Shown here: positions 62,014 to 64,000 of the stretch, piece after piece
How positions within the stretch are numbered: position 1 is the stretch's first letter
Layout of the letters: each line of letters opens with the position of its first letter
Assembly: GCF_009914755.1 (NCBI RefSeq)
Contig: NC_060930.1
Length of the DNA: 64,000 bases
From: the human T2T-CHM13v2.0 reference genome, Homo sapiens
Reading direction: 5' to 3' (one strand)
Position numbers and translations under genes: made by a program
Notes under the pieces: model-generated
The model's database searches: none
What the model was told of the DNA's origin: nothing
What the model saw: the letters and a program-made list of their open reading frames with translations, nothing else

Positions 62014-64000
62014 CTTGTATAAACATTTTTGGAAATGTAAATCAACAAGATGACTTAATGTCATAGAAAAGTATTAACTTTTAAAAAATGATTATAAAAA
62101 TCGTGGTTCAGTAAAGCCAACTAATTTTTATTGATCATGTACTCAGTGAAACACTGTTGGTTTGGTATTTTCATTTTAGCAAAATTTAAAATAAGTTTTT
62201 TCCAGTTAATTCTCATTGTTTGCATATAAGGCATAAAAGCAAAGGATCATTTTTCCTGTGTTGTATTCACTTCCTTTTACGAAGTCTAATTATACAGTCT
62301 CTACCAATTTAATTTTGGGATAGCTAAGATAAAAAGCAAATATTAGTTTTAAAATTTTGAGCTAAATGCAATGATTTCTCAGTAGTATTAAAATATGTTT
62401 TTCACATTTCATGTGGAGAAACTGTTTTTGCCAGTGCTTAGAATCATTAATTTATTGTGCTATTAGTAATATACTTAATTTCTACCAGCTGCTTTAAATC
62501 TTTGTCATAACAGCCCACTTTAAAAAATCAAAACCCACTTAAATTTATTACTTTTGTTAATCTTAAAATTAGACTTTTTAAATCTTGTAAGTTTAATTTG
62601 GTAATAACTCTTAAGATTGCTATTTCGTTTTATGGTGTTATAGGATATAAAGACTCCATATAAATTTCAAATTACTTTTACTTTGGCCAAGATTTGTTGG
62701 TGATCATTTTCTTCCTTAAGCTTTTGTAAGCAATTTCCTAGGCCATTAGAGATAGTGAATAGAATGTTCCCAGATCCTATAATGCTTAAATTATTTTAAC
62801 TTAGCTTATTTTTTTTTCTTCCATTCAAATGAATTGTCTTTATCCTTAGTTCAGTCTGTAACAAAAGTCTGGCAACATAGGTTATAGCTATTGCTTTAAA
62901 TATTTAATAGATCATTAACATATTGTAAAGCTTGGAATGAATTATATCAACTTTTCTTCCTGTGTGATTTAAATAATACATGATTTTGCTTATGATATAT
63001 AAGCACTGATCCTTCCAAGTTAGTAACACTTTTCAGCAGCTCCTTTAAATAGATTAAATGATATTAGAGACATATACGTAACACAGCTCAGTGTAAGCCA
63101 TACATTTTTTTTTAAGTGCATCTTTTTCAATTTTCACAAGAAAAAAAGCTCCTTTCAGGGGTTGATTAAACTGTGCGTTAGAAATTTAGTCACATTATTG
63201 GCCTCATTTTTTAGCTCTCTAATTAAAAATTTTCGTTGAATACTCAGTCTAAGGACACTTGGATTTGCATGTTTGCCCCTTTCACTGTTTCCTCCCCCAT
63301 GCCATTGAAGAATTTTGAATGGTGAGGAATTTGTGCCCTTTGGCTCAGGTTGCAGGCCCACTTGATCAAGCCACAGAAGCCAGGGTCAGAACTATTCATT
63401 GCTTATCTTTTCCTTGGGCCACTTGTAAAGCCTGCTTTCTGCTCTGGGAAACAAAACAAAACAACAACAACAACAAAAAAAAGCCCCACAAACAACTCTT
63501 TATATTGGACATGTATAAAGCCTGCAGTATAAAAATGGGCACAATAGTTGATTCTTTATTGGGACTCTCCATGGGTTAATTTTGTTATCTTTAGAAGTTT
63601 TTCATTGCATTGCAGCTTATTTGATGTATATACTTTAAATACATGTTATTTTATATGGTATGGTATCCTGTTGGTAGTGAAAGTGTGGTCATATGATGTT
63701 TTTCTCTTAGGTTGAGATTTACCACTTTTGAAATGTAATGATTACTTTTAAGTAAATTGAATTAATTTGAATGAGAGCTATAAAAAGCCCTAAAGTATTT
63801 TATTTTGATGTGCTTAATTTCTAGCATTTATGCAGACATTTAAAGCTTCCCTGAATTAATAACAGCACAAGTTTATGAGCTGTTCCAATAATGGTGCAAA
63901 GACTACATCTAGACCCAGGTTTAAACAAACACAAAACACTTTGTTCTTATCTTAGCATCCTTTAAAAGTATACAGCTCTGGTTCAGGACCTCAGGACCAC

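Overview
Human (primate) genomic DNA covering the 5' region of LIN28B (chr6q, recognised from the cold-shock-domain exon GTGHCKWFNVRMGFGFISM...DVFVHQ). Bases 1-33 kb are transposon-dense: a near full-length decayed L1MA element, other L1 pieces, about 25 Alus, and MaLR and ERV1 solo LTRs. A CpG island lies at ~34.3-35.7 kb, then a repeat-poor AT-rich block, canonical exon 1 (ATG 51266), exon 2 (52115-52302) and the start of the long intron 2. Splice signals read directly from the sequence suggest at least three 5' entry routes into exon 2. (1) An antisense AluJ exon (ATG 31118, donor 31136) plus a 49-nt exon (44476-44524) gives a 22-aa N-terminus, MSHRRQVLQKRMRSFNQVSSAP; this matches the published tumour-specific AluJb-LIN28B/LIN28B-TST isoform as I recall it. 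(2) A CpG-island exon (donor 35028) carries a 10-codon uORF that stops on an AUGA overlap with the in-frame ATG 44491. (3) The canonical leader has three uAUGs, including an 87-codon overlapping ORF. The most novel hypotheses are promoter choice acting as a uORF-based translational rheostat, a stop-free 237-nt circRNA, a recursive-splice-like site and an ancient Eulor1-like hairpin. Repeat subfamily names come from recalled consensus sequences, repeat coordinates are approximate, and nothing was checked against a database.
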